A DNA stretch of 64,000 nt from Nanobdellota archaeon. GTDB lineage: Archaea; Nanobdellota; Nanobdellia; Pacearchaeales; GW2011-AR1. Positions 11,201 through 18,578 of this stretch are shown piece by piece. Within the stretch, counting starts at the first letter, position 1. Each line of letters opens with the position of its first letter. The position numbers and the translations under genes are program-made. Location: assembly GCA_038045405.1 (NCBI GenBank), contig JBBSYF010000001.1, positions 1,832-65,831 on the forward strand, in the 5' to 3' direction. A model generated the notes under the pieces. The model was not told the origin of the DNA. It made no database searches and saw only the letters and a program-made list of their open reading frames with translations.

Positions 11201-12264
11201 CTAATATCCACTTTTTCAAAAAGGCCTCTTTTGTCTATTTTTTTAACGATACATTTATTCTCGAGGAATCTTTCTCCTTCCTTAATTTCAATAACATCTC
11301 CATTAACAACCAGTCTTGCCCTCGTGCCTGGATTCTCCAGCCCTAGAAGTGTAACCTTCAAATTTCCTAAACAATAATTAAATCCTGGTAAAGGAACTTG
11401 CATTGACTGCCCAATTTTTAAATTTGAAGAAGAAATTTTTATTTTTTCAACTGTTCTTCCTGTCCCATAACTGTTTCTATCAGAATAAATAGAAATGGTT
11501 GCACTATCGTCTCCAATTCCTTCTGCTCTCAAAAATCCTTTTCCCCTCCAGAATCCATACTGTTCTTGTCTTTCATTCCAATCAGAATCGCTCATCTCGG
11601 GAAGATAATATGAAGATGCTCCAACTCCAAATGCATTTTTAATATCATACATCAAAGTTGCCGTCAAGTTTCCTTGAACAAAATCAGGCATCGCACTTTC
11701 ATTTGGTTGTCTTCTTAAAACAATTACTGCGTAACCCATGTTATTTAAAATAGGCTCATTCATTTTTACATTCGAACCTAATAATGATGTTTCTAAAGCC
11801 GCTCTTGCGGGCGTATATGAAAGTCCTTGAACTTCCTTAGGGGCGTTGCCATTATACGAAAAAGAAATTCTGTTTATTGCTTTAACACCTATTAGGGGGT
11901 TTACCTGCATACCAATAATTGGGCAAAAAACTGGAGCGTTATTCTCCTCCAATAAGTCACTTCTTACAACGGAAGGTTGGCATCCATATGGGGAGATTTG
12001 AAGAACAAAATCCTGTCCCGTTTGGCACATCTCTTGATTAAATGTAAATAGAGAACTAGGCACCCCCCCTAATGGTGAGGCTAAAGGCGTATATGCAGTA
12101 CTTGTTCTAGAATATGAAGCTGCTGAAATAATGTTTAACAAGGACAAAACTAAGAATAAAACAGCAAAGGCTAAAACAAAACCTTTAACATAATTTGTAC
12201 TTACATTTTTTCCAATTAAAAGTTCACCTCTTTTTCTTCTCATCTCGTTTTCTCTTTTCATCAT
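5215..12264 (-). CDS. Giant secreted or surface protein (2349 aa) with C-terminal M15/LAS-like peptidase and SLT/lysozyme-like modules
   Basis: This is a single uninterrupted ORF. It has an N-terminal basic region plus hydrophobic helix, 'VKGFVLAFAVLFLVLSLL', and a Ser/Thr/Gly linker. 'ITSGTEGNHAEGQYSHSNGYKVDL...VDHWDV' resembles Zn DD/LD-peptidases. 'AYRES...GSVGTMEINI...ALRNYNGWG' resembles the lytic transglycosylase ES...GLMQ...YN motifs. Confidence 0.85.
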   Translation of the reverse strand: MMKRENEMRRKRGELLIGKNVSTNYVKGFVLAFAVLFLVLSLLNIISAASYSRTSTAYTPLASPLGGVPSSLFTFNQEMCQTGQDFVLQISPYGCQPSVVRSDLLEENNAPVFCPIIGMQVNPLIGVKAINRISFSYNGNAPKEVQGLSYTPARAALETSLLGSNVKMNEPILNNMGYAVIVLRRQPNESAMPDFVQGNLTATLMYDIKNAFGVGASSYYLPEMSDSDWNERQEQYGFWRGKGFLRAEGIGDDSATISIYSDRNSYGTGRTVEKIKISSSNLKIGQSMQVPLPGFNYCLGNLKVTLLGLENPGTRARLVVNGDVIEIKEGERFLENKCIVKKIDKRGLFEKVDISCKQDSKSPTISLTVSPKLNLLVSGQNEKEFGIGDLLYTFKDKDDKDRGVYIGFIGNEENVKTLESTYTMLVDLPLAGRTTQNSLTENEISTIATATKENGGVIDKIMSTIKKGANNVLKGWNFNMVLYGKGKETVGGKEVGIMDFSSAVDSEFPTTPEGVKARVNYESSKKDYETILNQFASETYPPEDMQMLGEKALTNIIELAWTTNQKKTATTFCKEFSESYPNSDIPPICKNALELSSMEVSVGEVTIGSKTYLIEFDGAEEPSLDDYSTDISVTNVAPGYENYPNQITQYQKVYLSATDFIILTKLEDEYAEFDVSGVQKERTASNSVKINLNSYAIVGTNKYQISVNKITLKKLASVSISPNVNYETSKANISFKIGIEKRGIQLSPEKTKSRIESLNKTIEKWEGINSKLGTLVQTEKKVCAATGAFLTAKNFLANLGGQGIARQTVMRGPNGWFEKCKDAVEKGAQINNKGPWKSVDSCLTGNSDEIDASVNVYAQAMDQQTKNDKEITTESVISTDVTGEQTVDSKKYVEQKLTTSKEKIKTDVAGIPNIKVSGKDVSASEIVASLNSESISATQLRDLELNAGLLNQPGIVGEIAKAQVTSILTGVYANKEKISAITALSQKMQAQVDNPLSEIIKDQFSKEGVYYGSTAKEGNTLGISAGTPVKLINLNNVDYLLELELAGQNVYTIKNVYDSSSGNLLAADNPLSKKIKEMFSSFVLNKYQNSYPDGSARVTYFESGPYKGLPVAVPFDLKNGWYAAIKSILPVGGAIKPYDDSVRVSSFYICNIGEDRKQSTSDDDCQYFVPRATGQTQAFGLSVGESSDLFSRAESAIVEASQARARTPGITKVTIARNKIQVGSPAVNIPSIQCQDFMSPSDCNLLFNVCDPVICPSSRCDLGGDYPVADVIQSGVIGGLMLCLPNYPDVKVPICLSAVNAGLSGYLSVANSYQQCLQTSLETGQQVGICDEINSVYMCDFFWRQSLPLVKIAAPKIIGSVLGQNTRGGGEYLGVQDAMQKAGDSIDFFTQYYASNSFNAFKLRTVEGVGTEVCHNWISIASPKGGNLLDALTTPDVPPQFYGRFDEIPLTTATNPPMSQYKVFYHIYAGKDFPAYYQVYLKGAEGSFFEDTGQRRIVANGFIKRGEFKTDTPDFPAPAGYKELCIVVNNQEECGFKQVTTEFGINYLTEQAVASQASQTNIKTEAACISGTPSALNLLTPNIQSAAEGLANPAIYNQGITRVCATTNPGTGTDSGVGTANQRWTEVGICGNEKMKCWLDGQSVKDTIRSVSTEKGVNDAVKNVNQALSSTELTPDEFTNLVDSVDKEKDLSKKVGLIAAAYNRVSENDKKGYLTLLRANAYKAIAVKAYRATRPTKDTDTSTTAKPATPEAPSNLPVNEATARKTLIGAGISVKDGTVVLQGVREQTLIEIENLKQSCAGCEITITSGTEGNHAEGQYSHSNGYKVDLRLNTQLDAYIKTNFEDVGKRSGDNAQQYRNKVSGAVYALEVDHWDVLVVPAQTPQAQEMQNIGKITYPIFEFKDDTIAFNLYYTFSGSNWHWSVNPKSTLLTKERWISTAVSSSDADGGLRTTVRAFIASSTLTDQQMFAQLTDKNKEFVKSLDGQSYTAGLSKLMNRVYIRDGGDFSSNPSLVTDSVEYSSEEIFTLTKDDKIFFKYSIPKKNWQISSDLNVWTDVNAITTIGNSQIALTSFNKNIATILRDKNSIQGAERLFGLDSASGTSSTSGTSGTSGTATTSAVATTGATVFTCTTFEDCQKEVTTETNGKMKCLDLPACQRNLSSIILGREILKLAEAKKTSDAKFSDAVVKQQTGAKNFECLALQVAYRESDIHQCSPTQENGNPLYCEGDYTKTVHGDNFGSVGTMEINIAFKNNAGQLIGHCGTYGLSSNLEECKKQLSDFETNINVGLNVLINGYNSNSKTFTCTNKQYSGWTYALRNYNGWGCTGNNEYVSHVLGFNDEIKALFPECA

Positions 12265-12282
12265 TTTAATTTTTTATTTAAA

Positions 12283-14163
12283 TCACTTAAAGTTTATATC
12301 CAAATTACTATCGCCAAATAAAACATAATTGTTTTGAAGTTTTTCAATTGTATCTGGCGTTGGAAGGCTCTTTGTATTTATCTCTAAAGTGTTTGAACTT
12401 GATAATTCAGATTCAAGTATATACTGACTCTGATTTCCTCCGCCAGCCAAAGCATTTGAAATAACTTGTGCAGGAACGGCTATATCAAAGCACTTCTTTT
12501 CTTCCAACCCTGCTATTCCCAAAACTCCTGCTCTTGGAACATTTATGCATTGCTGCGTTGTCGTTGCCCCTATAGTTATTGAGGTGTTCTTGTATACGTA
12601 AACTTGAACTTCATATTGCCCTTCTGCAAGTTGCACACTTCTCTGTTCAGGATAAGCAACTGTTTTAGAGAAATCTTGAGAAGTAAAGTAAATCATTGCT
12701 TCTCCATTATAGTTTACATTGTCTACTTTCAGTTGAATATTTTTATTGTAAAGTTTGTCCATAATAACATTAACGCTTCCTCCAGAAACTGTTGAAAACA
12801 AATACTTTATGTCTTTAAATCCTGAAGCTTTAGCAATAACATATCCATTCACACATTGAGGGAAGTTGTCGTCAAGCACTCCAGTCTCCGAAGTTGTACC
12901 AATAGCACAAGTATTTCCAAAACATTCGTAAGAAACATCTGCCTTCACCGCATGTCCATCCGTATCTGCTGTGCTTACCTGTACTTTTGTATTCTTGTAG
13001 GTACAGAATTCAGAATCACTTTCTGCAATAGCTGTTCCATTCAAAGAAACTCTTGGATTGTTATTTTGAAGAACAACAGCCATTGGGAACTGGAAGATTT
13101 CATCACCAGAAGAAACTTGAACTAAAACGGGATACTTCACACTGTAAACAAAGTGATATGGAACATAACAGAATCCTAGTATACCCAAGCCTTGTTGGTT
13201 CCCAACGGGATTTGAAACGAGCAGCGCTCCATCCGAAGGACTAACCTCTAAACTGCTTGTCCAGTTTCTTGAATTCAAAAATCTCACATCTTCCGTAACT
13301 CCGGGCACATTGACATTAAAGTAATCTTTGTCCCCACCACTATTCTTCAACGCAAGAGTGTTTACTTCTATAGCTTCTTGTAAGTCATCAAAGACTTTAT
13401 TTGCATTCCACACCATCGGAGAGCAAGTAACTTCAACCCCATCAACAGGAGCATAAAGTCTTAAAATATCAACAGAATAATTCTCCAAGAATAAACTTTT
13501 TTGCTCTTCATTATAAACTTTGATTGAGGAAGAATATAACTTTCCAAGATCAGAACTTACTATAACGTTATGTTTTTTCACAATGACGCTTTCATTTCCT
13601 ATGGCAATATTTAAGTTAAAGTTAAGTGTAACATCAACCTTATTGTTTTGGATGGAAACGCTTGAAGTAACCGGTTTTTCAAGATTAATTTCAAATCCTT
13701 GTTTGTAATAAGAATCAAAGTTACAGTTATCTACTTTTTCAGAAACAAACTGTCCAAGTTGTGTTTCCATAACTTCCTTCTTTGGAACTTGTTCTCGTTG
13801 AATGTTATTTCCAGAAACATAATACCAATAAGGGATTTGATTTCCCAGGAAATTAAGCTGTGATGAAAAAGGCATATATTTCGAACCAGGTTCAAACTCC
13901 GGAGTGTATATGTAACCCCCTTGACTTTCTAAAACACGAATTCCCGTTAAGGTATCTTGTTCAAGGCACGAAAGAAGAGTCGTATAAACTGGTTGAATAT
14001 CTGCCGGAATTTCAGGGTTTCCTAACGAGCCTCTCAAAAGAGCATAGGTTAACGCAGTTCCAACAACCAGCACTGCAATGATTATGAAAACGGTTACCTG
14101 CCCTTTCGTTTGGTTTGGTAAAAGCGAACGAGACCGAACTTGTGAGAGTCCTTTATTCTTCAT
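12283..14163 (-). CDS. Large secreted protein with a type IV pilin-like (class III) signal peptide
   Basis: The N-terminus is 'MKNKGLSQVRSRSLLPNQTKGQ/VTVFIIIAVLVVGTAL'. The start was taken at the internal ATG that overlaps the upstream stop (ATGA), whereas the track start at 14250 is TTG. Confidence 0.7.
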   Translation of the reverse strand: MKNKGLSQVRSRSLLPNQTKGQVTVFIIIAVLVVGTALTYALLRGSLGNPEIPADIQPVYTTLLSCLEQDTLTGIRVLESQGGYIYTPEFEPGSKYMPFSSQLNFLGNQIPYWYYVSGNNIQREQVPKKEVMETQLGQFVSEKVDNCNFDSYYKQGFEINLEKPVTSSVSIQNNKVDVTLNFNLNIAIGNESVIVKKHNVIVSSDLGKLYSSSIKVYNEEQKSLFLENYSVDILRLYAPVDGVEVTCSPMVWNANKVFDDLQEAIEVNTLALKNSGGDKDYFNVNVPGVTEDVRFLNSRNWTSSLEVSPSDGALLVSNPVGNQQGLGILGFCYVPYHFVYSVKYPVLVQVSSGDEIFQFPMAVVLQNNNPRVSLNGTAIAESDSEFCTYKNTKVQVSTADTDGHAVKADVSYECFGNTCAIGTTSETGVLDDNFPQCVNGYVIAKASGFKDIKYLFSTVSGGSVNVIMDKLYNKNIQLKVDNVNYNGEAMIYFTSQDFSKTVAYPEQRSVQLAEGQYEVQVYVYKNTSITIGATTTQQCINVPRAGVLGIAGLEEKKCFDIAVPAQVISNALAGGGNQSQYILESELSSSNTLEINTKSLPTPDTIEKLQNNYVLFGDSNLDINFK

Positions 14164-14288
14164 TTTTCTCTCCTTTCTAATTTTTTCTTTATCAATTCCA
14201 AAATTTCCGTATTGATATCTTTCTCTATACTTTTTTTGAATTTTTTCCAAAGCTCTTCATCTTCCACTAGAAGTAAATATTTTTTCAT
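14160..14288 (-). CDS. Small ribbon-helix-helix-like protein (42 aa, below the track cutoff)
   Basis: Hand translation gives MKKYLLLVEDEELWKKFKKSIEKDINTEILELIKKKLERREK, which has a beta-strand plus two helices in an RHH-like pattern. Its stop overlaps the ATG of the next gene. Confidence 0.35.
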   Translation of the reverse strand: MKKYLLLVEDEELWKKFKKSIEKDINTEILELIKKKLERREK

Positions 14289-14442
14289 AGTCCTCTTAGC
14301 TCACCAAGTCAGAAATGTTAAATTTTAGAAATATATAAATGTTTCTTAGTTAATTACTTAGTAAGTTAGTTACTAACAAAAATCAGTTGAGGTCAAGAAT
14401 AAAAAGAGGTAGTAAGTAGGTACAAACGTAAGTCCAAAAGAA

Positions 14443-14700
14443 TTAGTAAGATCTTGGTCGAATTACACTGGCTAACCCAAGAACAATTAATAGAACTCCG
14501 ACAGTGACATTAAATGGCTTTACAACTGCAACAGGCAAAGCCGGAACTTTAACCCACAAAAAAGTCAGATTTAAGAAGTAAAGTCCTAAAGCAATTCCTA
14601 AAATCAAAAGGAAAATTTTAAGTCCACTCGTTCTTGGAGGAACACCCATTCCTCCCATGTAAGGATTTCTATTGAACAGTCCCATAAAGAGAAGTAACAA
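14443..14700 (-). CDS. Small membrane protein
   Basis: The ORF is 85 aa. It has two hydrophobic helices. Confidence 0.35.
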   Translation of the reverse strand: MLLLFMGLFNRNPYMGGMGVPPRTSGLKIFLLILGIALGLYFLNLTFLWVKVPALPVAVVKPFNVTVGVLLIVLGLASVIRPRSY

Positions 14701-14807
14701 ACATTATATTTAAATATTTGGTGAAATTCCTAAAAGGACCAGGTCCCGTTGCCTATTGTTCAGAACAGAATAGAAAGATTAATAAATTAGTGGAAATTAA
14801 CTTAATA

Positions 14808-15857
14808 ATGAAATCAAGGGAAAGAAGAATAAAGCTAAAAAAGGGTGTTCAAAGAGAGATAATCCTTGAAGCTTCCAAAAGAGAAGGAAATATGAAGAAG
14901 ATGGCAGCAAAAGTAAAAGTCCCATACTCTACAATGAAGAATTACTCGGCAGAATACAGATTCTTACCGGAGAATTTATTTAATAATTTGTTAAAATTGT
15001 CCAACAAATCTACAGAAAATATTGATGCTTCTTACTTAGACTATAAATGGGGGCAACGCTTAGGAGGAAAATTGGGAATAAGAGCACTTGAAAAGAAATA
15101 TCCAGGTAAGATTAAGAAATGGAGAAGTTTAGCCATGAAAAAAGCACTAAGGACTAATCCACGTCTAAAAAAGATAAACTTACCCAAGATTAGTGAAGAG
15201 TTAGCAGAGTTTATAGGAATCTATTTAGGGGATGGTACAATGACAACAAATCAGATTAGAATAGTTGGCGATGCTAGGTACGATGTATTCTACTTCGAAT
15301 ACATATCTAAAATGGTTTATCATTTATTCGGGTTAAAAACTTCTTTAATAAAACATAAGGATACAAACACCTTTCTAGTTGTTGTTTATTCAAAGGCTTT
15401 ATGTGAGTTTATGAATCAAAATTTTAACTTGAAACCAGGAGATAAGATAAGAAATCAAAGCGGTATCCCTCAAAAGATTTTTCGGAATATAAATTTCGCA
15501 AAGGCTTGCTTAAGAGGGCTTATAGACACTGACGGATCGGTTTCAAGAAGGGGGAGAAACGGTAGTCAGTTTTGCATCCAATTCACTTCACACAATAAAA
15601 AACTTTTAGGTCAAGTGAAAAAAATAAACAAAAGACTTAAAATTTTTACATTTGGGGATGAAACAGGAACAGGTACGAATAAGTGGGAGAATATAGTCAA
15701 ATATTTTCAAATTGTTGGTAGCTCAAATCCAAAACACATAGTACGTTTTCTTTTAAGAAAAGAAGGTAGAGTTATTTATAGAGATGAATTGTCTTTTTAC
15801 TTCAAACAGGAAAGGTTTAAAGATTTAAATTTACCATTCAATTTAGGGGGCGTATAA
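14808..15857 (+). CDS. Free-standing double-motif LAGLIDADG homing endonuclease-like protein
   Basis: The two motifs are 'LAEFIGIYLGDGT' and 'CLRGLIDTDGS'. It is a paralog of the ORF at 32148-33059. The ATG at 14808 aligns with the paralog N-terminus, whereas the track start at 14718 is TTG. The last 10 nt overlap tRNA-Val. Confidence 0.8.
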   Translation: MKSRERRIKLKKGVQREIILEASKREGNMKKMAAKVKVPYSTMKNYSAEYRFLPENLFNNLLKLSNKSTENIDASYLDYKWGQRLGGKLGIRALEKKYPGKIKKWRSLAMKKALRTNPRLKKINLPKISEELAEFIGIYLGDGTMTTNQIRIVGDARYDVFYFEYISKMVYHLFGLKTSLIKHKDTNTFLVVVYSKALCEFMNQNFNLKPGDKIRNQSGIPQKIFRNINFAKACLRGLIDTDGSVSRRGRNGSQFCIQFTSHNKKLLGQVKKINKRLKIFTFGDETGTGTNKWENIVKYFQIVGSSNPKHIVRFLLRKEGRVIYRDELSFYFKQERFKDLNLPFNLGGV

Positions 15858-15918
15858 GCTAGCGGTAAACTGTGTCCTTGACGTGGACAATTCCCAAGTT
15901 CAACTCTTGGTACGCCCA
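15848..15918 (+). tRNA. tRNA-Val(GAC)
   Basis: The acceptor is GGGCGTA/TACGCCC and the anticodon arm is TGTCC-TTGACGT-GGACA. The T arm is CCAAG-TTCAACT-CTTGG. The D arm AGCT-AGCGGTA-AACT has one C-A mismatch. Confidence 0.75.
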
Positions 15919-15962
15919 TCCTTGACGTGGACAAAGCGCAGGTTCGATTCCTGTCAGGGCCA
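15919..15962 (+). pseudogene. 3' fragment of a second tRNA-Val(GAC) gene
   Basis: It begins with the 16-nt TCCTTGACGTGGACAA, identical to 15875-15890. It continues with a different T arm (GCAGG-TTCGATT-CCTGT) and acceptor strand (CAGGGCC-A). No matching 5' half (GGCCCTG) was seen nearby. Confidence 0.7.
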
Positions 15963-16004
15963 TTTTTTAACAACCTTTAAAAAGCCATTTTATCTTTTTC
16001 AAAT

Positions 16005-16322
16005 ATGAAGATTCCAAAGACAGTAAATAGGTACTGCCCACATTGTAATAAAAAGACAACTCAAAAAGTTAAGTTAGTCGGAACGGGTTTTAAGCGTGGT
16101 GCCTTAACAAGAGGAAGTATTATCAGAGCAAAGAAGAGAGGACGTGGAACGGGAATAGGAAACAAAGGAAAGTGGGGTTCTAAGCCAGCTATTTCAAAGA
16201 ATAAAAGAAAATCCAAAACAACAAAAAAGACAAACATAATGTACGTCTGTGGTGTTTGTGGAAAAGCAAAATATAGACAGGGAAGAAGAAATAAAAGAAC
16301 AGGGAAGGTAGTACAAGAATAA
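16005..16322 (+). CDS. rpl44e: 50S ribosomal protein L44e
   Basis: It has two CxxC pairs ('CPHCNKKT' and 'CGVCGKA'). The sequence is basic and the length is typical. Confidence 0.9.
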   Translation: MKIPKTVNRYCPHCNKKTTQKVKLVGTGFKRGALTRGSIIRAKKRGRGTGIGNKGKWGSKPAISKNKRKSKTTKKTNIMYVCGVCGKAKYRQGRRNKRTGKVVQE

Positions 16323-16323
16323 A

Positions 16324-16890
16324 ATGGCACAAGCAAAAAAAAGACAAAGATTTTTCGATGTGGACATGCCAATAATAGGCAAAGACACACAACTGTATGA
16401 TTATGAACTAGAAAATCTAAACGGTAAAATAATAAGTTATGACTTAACACGTCTTCTTAGAGGAAAAAGTGTTCTTTTAAAACTTAAAATAAAAATAGAG
16501 GGTGGCAAAGCTATTGCAGAACCTATTGAAATGGTCGTTCTTCCATACTTTATCAGAAGAATGATGAGGAAGGGAACAAATTACGTTGAAGACTCATTTT
16601 CTGCTGAATGCAAAGATGCAAAAGTAAGAATAAAACCTTTCCTTATCACAAGGAAAAAAGTTTCAAGAGCGATAAGAAAGGCTTTGAGAGACAAAGCAAG
16701 AGAAGAGCTAACTAACTATGTAAAAACAAAAGACACTGAAACTCTTTTCAATGAAATTATACAAAGTAAAATTCAGAAAAATTTGTCATTAGCTTTAAAA
16801 AAAGTTTACCCTCTTTCTCTTTGTGAAATAAGAATGTTCAAAGTAGAAAAAAAGTCTGGTGAGGGGAAGTTGACGGTTAAGAAACCGTAG
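16324..16890 (+). CDS. rps3ae: 30S ribosomal protein S3Ae
   Basis: 'FFDVDMP...', 'SYDLTRLL', 'KIKPFLITRKKVSRAIRKALR' and 'KKVYPLSLCEIRMFKV' match the S3Ae/S1e pattern. Confidence 0.85.
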   Translation: MAQAKKRQRFFDVDMPIIGKDTQLYDYELENLNGKIISYDLTRLLRGKSVLLKLKIKIEGGKAIAEPIEMVVLPYFIRRMMRKGTNYVEDSFSAECKDAKVRIKPFLITRKKVSRAIRKALRDKAREELTNYVKTKDTETLFNEIIQSKIQKNLSLALKKVYPLSLCEIRMFKVEKKSGEGKLTVKKP

Positions 16891-16900
16891 GTGTCTTACC

Positions 16901-17392
16901 ATGACAATCGAAAAAACATTAGTTCTTATCAAACCTGATGGAGTTCAGCGTGGTTTGATTGGTGAAATAATAAAAAGATTTGAACAGCGTGGTTTGAAAA
17001 TTGTTGGACTAAAACTCGTTAACCCTGATAAAAGTGCTGCTGAAGAACATTACACTGAAAGCATAGCAACAAAACATGGAAAGCATGTAAGAGACTATCT
17101 TCTGGATTACATAACAGAATCACCAATTATCGCAATAGCCATTCAGGGGGATAATGCAATTAAAGCAGTAAGAAAGATTGTTGGTTCAACCTACCCTGGA
17201 GAGGCAGACATTGGAACAATTCGGGGAGACTTTGCTCACGCAAGTAAAGAGTATGTAAAAGAGACTAACCAAGGTAAAAATCTTGTTCACGCATCAGAAA
17301 ACGAGGAAGATGCAAAGAGAGAACTTTCAATATGGTTCTCTATTGACGATATCCATGATTACACTCGTTCTGATGACAAGCATCTCATATAA
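16901..17392 (+). CDS. ndk: Nucleoside diphosphate kinase
   Basis: 'EKTLVLIKPDGVQRGLIGEIIKRFE', 'GTIRGDF' and 'NLVHASE' (containing the active-site His) are present. Confidence 0.9.
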   Translation: MTIEKTLVLIKPDGVQRGLIGEIIKRFEQRGLKIVGLKLVNPDKSAAEEHYTESIATKHGKHVRDYLLDYITESPIIAIAIQGDNAIKAVRKIVGSTYPGEADIGTIRGDFAHASKEYVKETNQGKNLVHASENEEDAKRELSIWFSIDDIHDYTRSDDKHLI

Positions 17393-17442
17393 GAAATTTT
17401 ATATAACTTTGAATTCTTACTAAGGCATATTCCAAAAAAAAT

Positions 17443-18462
17443 ATGAAAAGAGATTCTACGGACAAGCTGAGAAAGTCTATCAACAAAATAGACGAAGAGA
17501 TGTTAAATCTTTTATCAAAAAGACAACATCTGGCCAAAGAAGTAGGAACACTTAAGAAAAGTTTGAACATCCCCATATTTGATAAAGGAAGAGAGGAAGA
17601 AATTCTAAACAAAATTTCTAAAAGAGCGAAGAAATTAGAGTTAAAAGAAGAGTTTGTCGAAGAAATCTTTAGTGCAATATTCAAAAATTCAAGAGCTTCA
17701 CAACAAAGGCAGTTTAAAAATTTAAGTTGTAAAATAAAAAGGGTTGGACTTATAGGCTTTGGAAGGTTCGGGAAATTAATTGTTAAACATCTTTCTGGCG
17801 ATTTTAAATTTTACGTGTATGACAAAGCGAATAAGAAAGAAGAAATTAGAAAGAGTTATGCTACCCCCTCATCCCTTGAGGAAGTCTGTGAAAAAGAAAT
17901 AGTGATACTCGCAGTTCCGATCTCTAGAATGGAACGCACTCTAATAAAAATTAAGAATTTACTGAAAAGAAATGTGCTTGTTGTTGATGTATGTTCTGTA
18001 AAAGAATATCCTGTAAAATTGATGAAGAATATTCTGCCAAAGAATGTTCAAATACTGGCAACACACCCTCTTTTTGGACCAGATACAGCTTCTGATTCTC
18101 TCGAAGGAAGAAAAATTGCATTATGCAAGGTTAGAGTTTCAAGCAATTTGCACTCTCATATCAAAAGGTTTCTGGAAAGCAAAGGTTTGTTAGTTATAGA
18201 AACAACTCCAGACAAACATGATAGAGAAATTGCCAAGTCACTTGTTTTGACACACCTTATAGGAAGGGCTTTGATTGACATGAAAGCTTCTAACGTCAAT
18301 ATAGACACAAGAGGTTACAGGGATTTAATGAGAATACTTAACACGGTAAAAAATGACGTATGGCAACTTTTTGAAGATATGAATCACTATAACAAGTATT
18401 CAAAAAAAGTAAGAGGAAAGTTTGTTAAATCGATGAGTAGAATAAACAGAAAACTAAACTAA
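17443..18462 (+). CDS. Bifunctional chorismate mutase / prephenate dehydrogenase-like protein
   Basis: An N-terminal AroQ-type helix ('LRKSINKIDEEMLNLLSKRQHLAKEVG') is followed by a Rossmann motif ('VGLIGFGRFGKLI') and 'THPLFGP'. Confidence 0.75.
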   Translation: MKRDSTDKLRKSINKIDEEMLNLLSKRQHLAKEVGTLKKSLNIPIFDKGREEEILNKISKRAKKLELKEEFVEEIFSAIFKNSRASQQRQFKNLSCKIKRVGLIGFGRFGKLIVKHLSGDFKFYVYDKANKKEEIRKSYATPSSLEEVCEKEIVILAVPISRMERTLIKIKNLLKRNVLVVDVCSVKEYPVKLMKNILPKNVQILATHPLFGPDTASDSLEGRKIALCKVRVSSNLHSHIKRFLESKGLLVIETTPDKHDREIAKSLVLTHLIGRALIDMKASNVNIDTRGYRDLMRILNTVKNDVWQLFEDMNHYNKYSKKVRGKFVKSMSRINRKLN

Positions 18463-18578
18463 AACAAAATTTAAATACCCAAACATTTTGGTTCAAACAT
18501 GATATTTCAGCTACAAAGTTATTTCTGGTACTTTTAGGTAGCTGATGCTTTTAGCTCTAAATTCTTTTTAAATCTAAA

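Noticed and set aside
6083-11377. Nine plus-strand ORFs of 62-90 aa inside the giant gene (6083, 6904, 7339, 7651, 9473, 9836, 10228, 11105 and others)
   Set aside because: They are all antisense to one continuous 2349-aa ORF that has recognisable domains. They are short, low-complexity and have no motifs, so they are typical shadow ORFs.
15848-15918. Possibility that the first tRNA-Val is itself a pseudogene
   Set aside because: The acceptor, anticodon and T arms pair perfectly, and the D arm has only one C-A mismatch, with GG in the loop. I kept it as a probable functional tRNA at reduced confidence.
16061-16450. Three minus-strand ORFs overlapping rpl44e and rps3ae
   Set aside because: They are antisense to two confidently identified ribosomal protein genes. 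Their sequences are Leu/Phe-rich, as expected from antisense reading of Lys/Glu-rich genes.
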